Of a stretch of 64,000 nt of DNA, positions 29,160-42,137 are shown piece after piece. Position numbers and translations under genes: made by a program. The notes beneath the pieces are model-generated. The model was given only the letters and a program-made list of their open reading frames with translations, did not search any database and was not told the origin of the DNA. Origin of the DNA: Eledone cirrhosa (Eukaryota); NCBI GenBank assembly GCA_964016885.1, contig OZ024743.1, positions 73,656,001 through 73,720,000 on the forward strand. The letters run 5' to 3'. How positions within the stretch are numbered: position 1 is the first letter of the stretch; each line of letters begins with the position of its first letter.

Positions 29160-29275
29160 ATGTATATATATACATATATATATATATATCATCATCATCA
29201 TCATCATCATCAACGTTTAACGTCCCGTGTTCCACGCTTGCATGGGTTTGGATATATATATATATATATATATAA

Positions 29276-29308
<33 letters not shown>

Positions 29309-29339
29309 TATATACATATATATATACATATATATATAC

Positions 29340-29971
<632 letters not shown>

Positions 29972-30081
29972 GGAGACTGAGGTTGGCTGGACATGCTCAC
30001 CGACATCCAGAGTTGACATTGCACTCAAAATATTTTTCTTCCTAATAATCGTCTTTTTCTCCCTATTTTCATATATATATC

Positions 30082-30520
30082 AATGATATTAAGAAATGGA
30101 AACTATATTTATAAAACCATATTTATTCTGTTATATATATTTGAAGGGTACCAAAACTTTGGTACGCACTCATCAGATAAAATACAAACTTTGTTTTATA
30201 AATATTGACATATCCGGGGAACGAGATCTTATCTGTTCAAGTTTTTCCTGGATAGTAAAAGGAAAAACTTGAACCGTTAATTTCTCGTTCCTGGATATAT
30301 TCAATATTTATAAAACAAACTTTGTATTTTATCTGATGAGAGCGTACCAAAGTTTTGGTACTCTTGAAATATATATAATAGAATAAATATGGTTTTATAA
30401 ATATAGTTTCCATTTATTACTATCATTGATATTATACTCCAGAAAACTTGTCGAGTGCTTTGAATCAGTTAAAAAATATATATATTTGTTGAATTACCAA
30501 CAAATTAAATATCCCTTTGC
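30082..30520. mobile_element. Family J element with inverted partial copy
   Basis: ~30082-30250 mirrors ~30260-30428. Same family at ~5998-6055, 6160-6265, 10545-10710 and 23990-24140 (-). Confidence 0.82.
30325..30385 (+). ncRNA. Minimal type I hammerhead ribozyme (family J)
   Basis: UAUUUUAU CUGAUGA [GAGCGUACCAA-AGUU-UUGGUACUCUU] GAAA UAUAUA UA AUAGAAUA. Copies at ~10604-10664 (+) and ~30124-30184 (-) have GAAA changed to CAAA. Confidence 0.72.
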
Positions 30521-30975
30521 TTATATATATATTTTAAATTGCTCATTTTCCTCTCATTCATGGCATTTATAATTCTTTCCTTTACTTTCCTTTACAGCCA
30601 GATCTGCCTTTCTTTACCATTTCCCCACCTCTTTATTACTTAATCTTGTGTTGTTTTGTTTTTCATATTTCCATCACTGTATAACTTCTGTCTGTAAAAT
30701 ATAGTTGACATATTGTGTTTATATATAATTGATTAAATAAAAAAATTCGTTGATGTAAAACTAAAAAAAAAATTCAATTGCTCTGTGCCTAATTTACTGT
30801 ATGCTGTCATTAGCTAACAACATTGGTGATAATATTATGAAAATCAGTCCTTCCATTACTATATTTAGTAGCGATTATAAAACTATCATTTTTTTACAAA
30901 AGAATATGTAAGTTTGACGTCTGCATGTCAATATTTATATAAACATTTACAAACTTTTAGTTAATCCTACACTGT

Positions 30976-31046
<71 letters not shown>

Positions 31047-31484
31047 GATAAATACATGTCTGTACATATATATATTGTAACATTTTGGCTGCTTTGTGCA
31101 CAATTTGTCATATACTTGACAGCTGCCCGACATTATCTGGTAAATAATGCACTGAATTGATGAGCATGGTTGGAACACGTTAAAACGACCGGATGGTTGT
31201 AGGTGAAGGTCACGGTTGGAATACAGTTGGGAAGATGATGCATGGTCACGTTTTGTGTAGCATTAAATAAGAATGTGGTTGAGTGTGACCAGAGAGAGCG
31301 CCGATAAAAATAAGGTGGATCGTCACAGTTGGAACGCCGTTAAAAAGATGGTAGATGATCACAGTTGGAGAGCAAGATATTGAAAAACAGGGATTCAAAG
31401 AGAAGGAGGTTGATTTGACAAACTGTGTGTGTGTGTAAATGGGAATGAGAATATATTTATGTTAAAGGGATTGAGATCACAACT

Positions 31485-31750
31485 CCGTTACTATGGGCAT
31501 GGTGTTAGAATGTCTTAAGAAAGAATCGCTGGACAGATTTTACGGGCAAAACCAACTGGCAGGAGACTCAGGGGTAAACCCCGAGCAGGATGGTTGGATA
31601 GCATCTTTGAGCTTGGCTAGTCGTGTCTGGGGATCCAGCCGGATCAGTTGGAGACGGTTGCCTCCAACGGGACCCGCTGGAGTGTTTGAGGACTCTGCCC
31701 CCCCCCCCCCCCCCGCCACGACACTCTCAGAAATAAGTGGAAGAAGAAAT
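31485..31750 (+). mobile_element. 3' fragment of a second RTE family ((GAA)n-tailed)
   Basis: YYGH..RM..ERIAGQI...GKP...WLD motif. Homologous to 53600-54370 (+), 60650-61200 (-) and 49355-49465 (-). Confidence 0.75.
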
Positions 31751-32276
31751 TGTGTATGATATACAGGCACAATTGGTCATCCATAAAGGGATCTAAGCCG
31801 ATATTTTTATGTTATAGTCCGTGCGTATGTCTAAATATTCAAGTGTGTGTGTGTGTGTGTGTGTGTGCGTGTATGCTTGTGACTATGTGTAAATGTGAAA
31901 CAATGTTATTAACTATGTGACATAATGTTGACAGGAGAGTTTTAGTTGTCTCAACCCACACACACTCATACAGATATATAAACACACGTATCTACACATC
32001 GGGTAAATATAACTTCCTATATACACATAGTCACGTAAATATAGACACACACCATACACAGAAGGACAGTATACACAGAGAAAATCTGCTTAACACAAAA
32101 CCCTACTTGAGAGTTTCTCATTTATCAAAAGTGTCAACGGATGTCAAACTTATATACACATACACAGCCGTCCACATGTATACACAAGTATATACACATG
32201 TCACTATACTTCTTGGAATCCTTTACACACACGCACCAAACATGCTAGTTTGCACACACACACATACGCGCGCGCG

Positions 32277-32379
<103 letters not shown>

Positions 32380-33547
32380 AAACACACAAATATATATATA
32401 TACACAGAGAGAAGCAGGCACACAAAGCTTGGAATGTCACCCATATGACTGTTTCACAGATGACGATAGGGCCTACAAGTGTAGAGGAAAGCTGTAACTA
32501 AATGCTTTGGTAATTAATTATTCATCATTTGTGATGCCACTGTTTAAAAAAGAGTAAAGATATATACAAGAAATGAACTGTTATTGGTGATTAGTAAATA
32601 ATCAATGATCCCTGATGGGGGAATTTCTTTGATGCTTCTCCGCTTCTTAGCTTAAGAAGCAACTGTTTACCAGATATTGGTGCTAAAACAACAGATATTT
32701 GCGGCAAATATAAAGTCATCCTCAATCAATTTAACGTTTATATGTTTTGCAAGGGTGCAGAGATCAGCAGTAAATTGATAACTCCCAGGTTTAGGGGTGA
32801 ATTTCTATTTGTTTGTGGCTACAGTGGAATCAGATCTGGTTGTCGACATTGCAGTCCAATTTGCAACAAGTATTCGTAGCAGAGAGGGTTATCTCAAAAG
32901 GTACATAGGCAAGAGCACAATTTTGCTTCGTATCGTTGAAATAAAAATGGGTGGGGCAGTGAATATGATTACCTTGTAATACATTAACAGACAATATCCA
33001 TCAGTTTTGTTATTCTTCAGTTTCCTCCATGCTTGCTGAATTTCCTTCTCCCAGATATTGTCAGTTCTTATATGGAGAGTTTCAGTTGGTGGTTTTGATT
33101 TAAAATCAAAGGGTGCACCTGGATCTGGCTGGTTCAAGATTCCATGGAAGTGTTTCAGTCATTTCTTGGAAGCTGTTAGAACAGCAAAATACCGTCTAAG
33201 CGGCGATGGGTAAAATATTACCTGGAAGGACAAAGATCAGCAGCTAGATGTGAGTTGACTCGAAGGACTTCCTTCATGACGAATCAATAAACGTAATGAA
33301 GGCTAAACCAATCGTCCTTGTATTATTACACAAAAAATAAAGTACCAGTAATGCAGTGATAATTGCTGGCCTTGTGCCCAAAGTGGAAACAAAATTATTA
33401 CACTCTGTCTACCTCTACACTTCGCTACTGACGTGAACCTAAACATTGAGTGCTCACCTCGGTGAACATACTGTAACTTCGCGTTACACTCCCTGGATAT
33501 ATATATATAATATATATAAAAATATACATATATATATATATATATAT

Positions 33548-33626
<79 letters not shown>

Positions 33627-33645
33627 TACATATATATATATATAT

Positions 33646-33683
<38 letters not shown>

Positions 33684-33939
33684 GGAAAAAATGAAACGAT
33701 ATTTCATTTCCCACTCTTAGTACGGCTGTTACTTAAATATAAGTATGTACACGTACATACATATATGTATACCGACGTACAGTAGTATGTATCTATATAT
33801 ATACATACATGCACACATATATATGCACGTATGGATTCACCGAACATTTATTATAATGCTCGGTGTGTTTGTAAACAAACATCCCGTATTAAGTCGTAGT
33901 GTCTAGCAACCACCGTTGCTCGTTTGTTCAACACTGACA

Positions 33940-33994
33940 AAGGAACGCTGTACTAGTTTCAAGCTTGTTAGCTATCGTCAGCAACGTATACCTT
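33940..33994 (-). ncRNA. Type I hammerhead ribozyme, array unit 1
   Basis: AAGG-UAU-ACGUUG CUGACGA U-AGC-UAACAA-GCU-U GAAA CUAG UA CAGCGU-U-CCUU: canonical core, palindromic stem III ACUAGU, GUA triplet, bulged extended stem I. Confidence 0.85.
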
Positions 33995-34359
33995 CCTGCC
34001 AGATTGTTGAACGTATATACTTACCTTAAGCATATTAACGGCTGAGTAGCCCAATTTGCATATCGAGTGGGTTAATCGGCCGGGTGCACCGAAAACGATA
34101 AACGGAAAAAATGAAACGATATTTCATTTCCCACTCTTAGTACGGCTGTTACTTAAATATAAGTATGTACACGTACATACATATATGTATACCGACGTAC
34201 AGTAGTATGTATCTATATATATACATACATGCACACATATATATGCACGTATGGATTCACCGAACATTTATTATAATGCTCGGTGTGTTTGTAAACAAAC
34301 ATCCCGTATTAAGTCGTAGTGTCTAGCAACCACCGTTGCTCGTTTGTTCAACACTGACA

Positions 34360-34414
34360 AAGGAACGCTGTACTAGTTTCAAGCGTGTTAGCTATCGTCA
34401 GCAACGTATACCTT
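34360..34414 (-). ncRNA. Type I hammerhead ribozyme, array unit 2
   Basis: Same as 33940-33994, exactly 420 nt away, with one substitution in loop II. Confidence 0.85.
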
Positions 34415-34778
34415 CCTGCCAGATTGTTGAACGTATATACTTACCTTATGCATATTAACGGCTGAGTAGCCCAATTTGCATATCGAGTGGGTTAATCGGC
34501 CGGGTGCACCGAAAACGATAAACGGAAAAAATGAAACGATATTTCATTTCCCACTCTTAGTACGGCTGTTACTTAAATATAAGTATGTACACGTACATAC
34601 ATATATGTATACCGACGTACAGTAGTATGTATATATATATATATATATACATACATGCACACATATATATATATATGCACGTATGGATTCACCGAACATT
34701 TATTATAATGCTCGGTGTGTTTGTAAACAAACACCCCGTATTAAGCCGTAGTGTCTAGCAACCACCGTTGCTCGTTTG

Positions 34779-34824
<46 letters not shown>

Positions 34825-34986
34825 CAAACGAGCAACGGTGGTTGCTAGACACTACGGCTTAATACGGGGTGTTTGTTTACAAATATAACTGTCCATGCAT
34901 TAATAAATTGCTCCGAAGAATCCAAACCTCGGTTTGGAGGAAACAGCTGTAAGCACAATAATGTTTTGAGCAGTTCTTTGATTCTT

Positions 34987-35137
<151 letters not shown>

Positions 35138-35659
35138 TTTCTAAACTATCTAAGTATTTGACTCTAACCATTATTTTAAGTATTACCACCCCACATTAAT
35201 TCGTCAATTTGTATGTGTGGATGTGTGTGTGTGTGTCTGTGGAGGTGAGTGTGAGTGTACGTGCAAGCCAACCTGCATAAGTCTTTTTATTTGTAAATGT
35301 TCTACTCTAACCATAATTTTTAGCAGCACCACTCCACATAAATTCCTCAATTTAAGAATGACCTGTAGTATCTATTTCATACTATTAACCTTAATTGAAT
35401 ATATATCTGACCAGGAATGCTTTTTGTGAAAATCAGTCATATGGAACAATTGTCATCTTGCCTGACGGTTTGAACTTTACAACACCACCTGCCTCTTTGA
35501 GGTCAAATACCAACCCTACTAGCATCTACACACTGACCAATGATAATTAAGACTATTCCTGCTGACAACATTAAATTATTCCTAACAAGCTCATATGTCC
35601 CAATGCTCTGATACCATCAACACTATAAACACAGAGCTGGCATATCTAAGAACTGACTA

Positions 35660-35715
35660 ACTGCCTGATGAGGTCATAGCCATTCAATGGCTATCATCGA
35701 AATATATATAGCAGT
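35660..35715 (+). ncRNA. Minimal type I hammerhead ribozyme (single-copy family here)
   Basis: ACUGC CUGAUGA [GGUC-AUAGCCAU-UCA-AUGGCUAU-CAUC] GAAA UAUAUA UA GCAGU followed by AATAAA. Confidence 0.78.
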
Positions 35716-37307
35716 AAATAAAGGATTATGAGTTCATGCAATTGACTTATGTTTCGTCACTATATATATATATATGAAAAAATTCAGGAACCCGACGGCT
35801 GAGCTCCGGGCGTTTCGACAGCTAGATCCGAACTAGCTCAGCGGTCGGGATCCTGAATCTTTTCATATTTCCCACTCTACTACCGAGTACTCTGGTGGGT
35901 TATTTTCTAGCTGGTTTATACCACACCCTATCTGGTGTGTGTGTGTGTGTGTGTGTGTACATACATATATATGCTAGTTGCTTTCTCATTACAAAGCTTT
36001 ACCACTTCAGTATACGTGATGCTCAGTTCTAGCATGAGCTCTTATGTGGCTTTTTAAACGAGACATACTTTTAAAAAGCCGTCCACATACATTGTACATT
36101 AGTCATGGTGTAACTTGAAATGCCTGTGTTGTCTGATCTTGACAAACCTTGAAATGTCTCTTTAGACCTCCCTGAGATTTGCAGATCTCGTGGCGTATGT
36201 GGCATTAATAACAGTGAACTGCTATGTATATTCTACAGTCAATAGGAAGTGCCATATTGTGTACACTTATGTGAGATTGAATTCCAGTCTCTTACAGGTA
36301 GATTTTGCCACAAACTGTACAAGTAAAAGGTCCATTAATTTCTTATTACATTACTGGCTGTTTTTCTTATACTCCTCTTAATATATACTTGCATTTGTCT
36401 GTTTTGCTCAAAGGTCTTCTTCACATTATCCCATATTTTTGAACGTCAGATCGAGCGATCCATTGCGAGACTTTCCAATAATCACTTTGATCTCATACCT
36501 ATTGATGTAGATGCTGCCTGGAAAACTTTTATCTTACCAAAGATTGTTCGGGTCAAGTGTGATATTATCGAAAGACTTGAAATTCACCGCATTAAGTTAC
36601 TTCGGTACATTAGTCCCAGAGTACCTGGCTTTTGGTGTCATAGTTAGATTAAGTTTGGCCCTGACTGGTTGATATTTAATCCAGTATTCTGCTTATTTCC
36701 TTGTCCGCACCCTACATACATATTTTACATAACATTTTAAAACTAAAATATAATCAATGAAATGCCATTTCTTAGTGTTTGGGTGCATCCAAGTTGTCTT
36801 ATATTTATCTTTCTGCTGAAAAAGAAAGAGTCTGTTATTACAAGTTGGTAATCTGTGAAAAACCTGAAGAATGAAACACCGTTTCGGTTACATTTTCCTA
36901 CAACAGATTTACCTAAGGCAAGCCATGTTATGAAATCAGATCCAACCCTTGAGATTATTTTCGGAGCTTACCATCTAGACAAAGTGTCATAACCATGATA
37001 TAGAGTCTAGTCTACACTATGTGAAATAAATTGAATTTTTTAAAAATGTTAAAAGGAAACAAAATAAAAAAAGTATTTACAATTTTATACACACACACAC
37101 ATATACACAATATATATATATAAAGAGAGATGGCAGCCATAGAGGACGTTAACTCATATGAGTTCTTCCGCTCTTTGACGAGTTCTGCTTTTCATCCCAC
37201 AGGATGTCCAATAATCACCCCTCTCACCAAACAAGCTTGCCGGGGTTGGCAGTATAGTCGCTGACCATGCAATAGGTTGTACATATGCGCACACACAGAC
37301 ACACATA

Positions 37308-37413
<106 letters not shown>

Positions 37414-37688
37414 GTAATAATAATTGTTTCTACTTTAGGCACAAGGCCAGCAATTACCCAGTGCATTACTGGTACAATAATAAATTTGAAAACTAAAATC
37501 GAAAGAGGGCTCGATAAGGATAAATATATATCAAATATATAAGAACCCTAGAGCAAATATTTATTAAAATAACAGATTAAAGTTTAAGCAAAGAATCGGT
37601 GCTTTCACCCTTAACAGGATCTTCTGAAACTCAGAAGATCCCGTTAAGGGTGAAAGCAGCGATTCTTTGCTTAAACTTTAATCTGTTA

Positions 37689-37767
<79 letters not shown>

Positions 37768-38197
37768 TCTATGGCGGGTAAAATTCCCGAGATTCATGGA
37801 CGAGCTCTCTCCAGCGATCTCTGTCCCTCATCATCGCTGCCATGTCCTGCGTCTCCAAAAGACCAGTGTCTGTACTTAGGGCATCAACATATGTCAACCT
37901 CGGTCTTCCCCTCCCAGTGTGTCCATGCAGGGGCTCCCACAGGAGCACTGAGTGCAGTGTCAACTATGGATGTCGGTGAGCATGTCCAGCTAACCTCAGT
38001 CTCCTCTGTGCTACTTTCGATCTGACTTTTGGGAGGCTCCCGTACAGCTCTGAAATCTTCATCCTCAGTGTATACTGATTAATGTTCAGAGCCATAATCA
38101 GCATGCTCGTGTAGCACCCAACCACCATCTGAGTGAGTTTCTTGGTCAGTGCCCAAGTCTGAGACCCGTACAGCAGCACAGACTCCACTACAGCAAG
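37768..38197 (-). mobile_element. 3' end of the same RTE family
   Basis: ESVLLYGSQTW...LRLAGH...GRGRPR...DRDRWR; embedded in (TA)n. Confidence 0.9.
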
Positions 38198-38994
38198 ATA
38201 TATATATATATATATATAAAGTAAAATAACAGGAGGCCAAATATGTTTAATTTCCTCAATTATTTATTCCTGCAAACACTGCACATAATCCCTATAATAT
38301 TATATAAATATTGAGTATGTTATGTATAAACATGTGCGTGTATTAGGGTATACGTGGTAATAAGACACACAGGAGAGAGAGAGAGAATTAAAATATATGA
38401 ATGTATTATAGGTGTGTAGAATGTGTGTAACTCTGCGTTATCAGTCTGACTCAATAATATTAGTAATAATCTGTTTAAGAAAGGGATTTAATTGCTGGTT
38501 ATCATTGAAAAAACTAAGTCTTTTTTTTATGTTAGCTGTCAATGGGCGAGAGGTATGGCTATTGTGGTGTGTTATCGTTGCTCTTCGTGTTGCTCTTGTT
38601 GGCGGAGGAGTGTTTGTCGTGGTTGTTGTTGTTCTAGTTGTCCATTTTTATTCCTCGCTCTTTCAATTACATTCTGTCACCATAATTTTGGAAGCAGGTG
38701 CGTGGCGTTTGGATTACAAGAAGTTAGTGTATCCTAGCAACTAGTATGTGTGTACTTGCTTCTGTCTGTATGTGTCTGGACGAGAGTGGGGTGTGATGGT
38801 AGTGCTATGTAAAACAAAAAACTATAGTCTAAGTTTGGGGAGGAGGAATTATTAAGATTATGAAAAAGATAATATGACGGGCGGGAAAGTGGTTGGGGGA
38901 AAATCCCTGAATAACAGCCAAGGTCATGTGACTTAAGGAGGTAGGTCATTTAGTGCTTTCGTCTTCGGCTGTCAATGTAGGCAGAATATTTAAT

Positions 38995-39400
38995 ATCTGC
39001 GTTGTTGTTGTTATTACTGTTGTTACTGTTGTTATGGTTCTTATTATTATTGGTATTGGTATTGCTGCTGTTATTAAGAATTCTTATTGTTGTGTTGTTG
39101 TTATTGTTACTGCTGCTGTGTTGTTGCTGCTGTTGTTGTTATTGCTGCTGTTATTAGAATTGTTATTGTTGTTGTTGTTATTGTTATTGCTGTTATTGCT
39201 GCTGTTACTGGTATCGTTTTTGTTGCTGTTGTTGCTACTATTGTTGTTGTTGTTACTGTTGCTGGTATTGTTATTTTTATTGCTGCTTTTGTTGTTGTTA
39301 TTGTTGTTGGTGTTATTGTTGCTGGTATTGCTGTTTTTGCTGTTATTGTTGTTATTGTTACTGTTGTTAATATTATTGTTGTTGTTGTTGCTGTCATTGT
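38995..39400. repeat. Degenerate (TTG/TTA/CTG)n microsatellite
   Basis: Imperfect trinucleotide run; source of the poly-L, poly-V and poly-N ORFs. Confidence 0.9.
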
Positions 39401-40148
39401 TGTAGCACCGTCTTTCCCGCACAGCTTTGTTCACTGTAGTTCTGTATTCCACCCCAACATTTTAAGTTAAGTATAAATTTATTGGTATTTATATTATTGT
39501 AATTCCTACTAGTGTGGTCAATTGGTGGTATCGGTAGAGAGTCGGACAACATGCTTTACGGCATAGACTGAGTTCAAATCCCACCGAGGTTAGCTTTACC
39601 TTTCATCCTTACGGGGTTGATAAAGTACCACTAATCACTAATGCACTGAGGTCGATTTAATTGACTTTCCACTCCCCCCAAAATTGCTGGCCTTGTGCCT
39701 AACTCAGAAACCATTACTATTATTATTGGCAGTATTGGTAGAATGTCGTATAACATGCTTTGCGGTATGGAGTTACGACCTTTTTCGTTCTGAGTTTCTC
39801 CTCTCCCTAAATTGTTGGCCTTGTGTATAAATCATTATTGTAATTCCTACTGTTTTCAGTAATATACCCATACCCTATCCATTACTTGATGTAAACCCCA
39901 CTTTGAGTTGTGTTGTGTGTCCTATAAAAATTTGGACAATATGACCAGAGGAAATTCCAACTTCGAGTACTATAGTGGTTTAGTGACGTGTTACCAAGAC
40001 GACGTCTGATCGAAAATTCACTCGCTACTTTTCTTTTCAAAGGACTTTTTGATCTGGGCCCATGGATAACTTCCAGAAATGCCTGAGCTGGCAGTGTGCT
40101 AGCGAGGGGTTTTGCCATTTTGATATAAACTCTCCAAACATGAAATTG

Positions 40149-41585
40149 CAGTCAATGGGGTATGTATGAGATGCGCGCGTGGAGAGGAAACCGTCCTGCA
40201 CACACCCGTCGGGTTCCCGAGTATCGCTGACATGTGGGTTTATGTCGAACACCTGCTGTCACATATGAGGCAAATCCGATTTTCAACTGAGTCCATTGCG
40301 GAGATCACTCCGCCGTCTTCCTTTAGAGGAAACGGACAAGAAGGTCTGGGATCCATGGCGAAGAGGTCGGGTGGTGGACGCATTTGAAAGGGTTGAAGAC
40401 AAGCACTTTCATCTTCGGCGAAGTCCTGATTAAGTTTTTCAGGTTTCACCTGAAAAATCAGAGTGGAGATGCGCGCAGGGTGACAAGACCATGCTGCACA
40501 CATTCATCCAGTGTCCGAGTATCGCTGACTTGTGGGTTTATGTCGAACATCTGCTATCGCGTGTAAGGCAGATCTGGCTATCAGCTGAGTCCATCATGAA
40601 GATTGCCACACCGCCCTCGTTTAACCAGGAAGGGCAGGCAGTTTCTATCTGCCTGGTGGCCATGGTGAAAGAGGTCATATGGTGGACACGTCTGAAAAGG
40701 TTGAAAACGGGCACTTTCCTCTTCGGCGACACTCTCATTAACTTTTTCAGGTTTCACTTGAAAAGTAAAATTAGAGTGGAGAGGGAAGTGCTGCTTTCCA
40801 GCCAGTTTGTTGAAAGGTGGGTGAGAGAGGCAAGAATGGCCCGTGTGAATGGGCCTACTCTGAGCGTGTGTCTGCTGTTTTGAGGGAGGAGAACTGGGAG
40901 AGTACACTTGCCCTAGCGGTCAAGGCGACCGTGGTTTTTGTGGGCTTTCTCCACGAGTAATCCTTGGAGTCTCCTCACCTTTGGGGAATTTGCTATGTTT
41001 GTTTGTTTTTAATATTTATTTTCCTAATCTGTTATAAATTTTATTTAACACAAAAAAAAAACACACTGTATCGTCCTGTACCGTTTTTAATGTCTCCTTA
41101 ATGTGAGCCCTGTGTGGCTAATAAAGAAATGTGGCCAGAGAGATCGTGTGGTGGACGCGTTTGAAAGGGCTGAAGATGAGCACTTACCTCTTCGGTGATG
41201 CCCTGATTAACTTTTCCAAATTTCATTTGAAAAGAAAAGTCAGGGGGGAGAGGGAAGTGCTCTCTTCCCAGCAATTTGTTGAAAGATGGGTGAAAGAGAC
41301 AAGCATGACCCGAGTGAATGGGCCTGCTCTCAGAATGTGTCTGTAGATTGGAAGTGGAGAACTGGGAGAGGGCACTTACCCAGGTGGTCAGGGTCACCAT
41401 GGCTTTTTAATGGGCTTTCTCCACGAGTGTCACTAGGAAGTCTCCCACCTATTGGGGAATTTTCCTTTGCTTCTTTTTTTGTTATATCCTTTGTTTTTTC
41501 TTTACACGCAGAGATGCCCATTTGTACCGTCCTGTGCTGTCCTTAATGTTAGACTTTATGTCAACCCTTGTGGTTAATAAAGAAA
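40149..41585 (+). mobile_element. Three stacked 3' fragments of a Tx1/L1-like LINE
   Basis: zf-RVT-like C.RC...ETVLH.F..CPSIA.LW motif and the ...RLK.LK...FFRFHLK block recur at ~40150-40465, 40465-41128 and 41128-41585. The last two end in ...gtggytaataaagaa. Confidence 0.75.
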
Positions 41586-41609
41586 GCATTATTATTATTA
41601 TTACTATTT

Positions 41610-41796
41610 GGCGTTGGATTAGCAGTATCGGCAGAGGGTCGAACGCCATGCTTTGCAGCATAGAGTTATGGCCCTTTATGTTCTGAGTTCAAATCCCGTC
41701 GAGTAATGCACTGGGATAATTGCTGGCCTTTTGCCAAAAATAGAAACAATTATTATTATTATTGTTATTATGATTAATATTATTACTATTATTATT
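41610..41796 (+). mobile_element. Nin/Deu-family SINE (internally deleted) abutting the Cdx splice acceptor
   Basis: SINE head and tail; the (TTA)n-like tail runs to ~12 nt before the acceptor AG. Confidence 0.85.
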
Positions 41797-41808
41797 GTCT
41801 ACTTGTAG

Positions 41809-42137
41809 GCAGAACACGGACAAAGGACAAATACCGTAGTGTGTACACGGATCATCAGCGACTTGAACTGGAAAAGGAGTTCCATTATAATGTCTACATT
41901 GATGTTGTACGGAAAGCAGAACTGGCCATGGAATTAGGATTATCTCAAAGACAGATTAAAATATGGTTTCAGAATAGACGTGCAAAAGATAGGAAATTAC
42001 GACAAAGACAAGCAACCCGTGATGTTTCAGTGAAATTAGAACCAAAAGAATCTTTACTCTTATCTAGTTCCTTACCATCTCCACAAGATTCTTCTCCAAG
42101 AAGTCGAAACTCTTGTGATGAATCAGTCATTGTTTAA
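41809..42137 (+). CDS. Cdx: Terminal coding exon of caudal-type (Cdx) ParaHox homeobox gene
   Basis: After acceptor ttgtag (AG 41807-41808, phase 1) reads (G)[62 protein letters not shown], then a Ser-rich tail to TAA at 42135-42137. TRTKDKYR and [15 protein letters not shown] are Cdx-diagnostic. The ORF-track start at 41841 is an internal GTG. Confidence 0.95.

Larger units (their letters stand above)
33679..34782 (-). repeat. 420-bp tandem array (~2.6 units), ORF-less, HHR-containing (retrozyme-like)
   Basis: Unit starts at 33679, 34099 and 34519 (taaacggaaaaatgaaacgat...). Units 1 and 2 are nearly identical. Bounded by (TA)n on both sides. Confidence 0.95.

Noticed and set aside
38953-39470. 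Poly-Leu (membrane-like) and poly-Asn ORFs as a possible Cdx exon 1
   Set aside because: Degenerate trinucleotide repeat, open in several frames, with no hexapeptide or clear splice donor.
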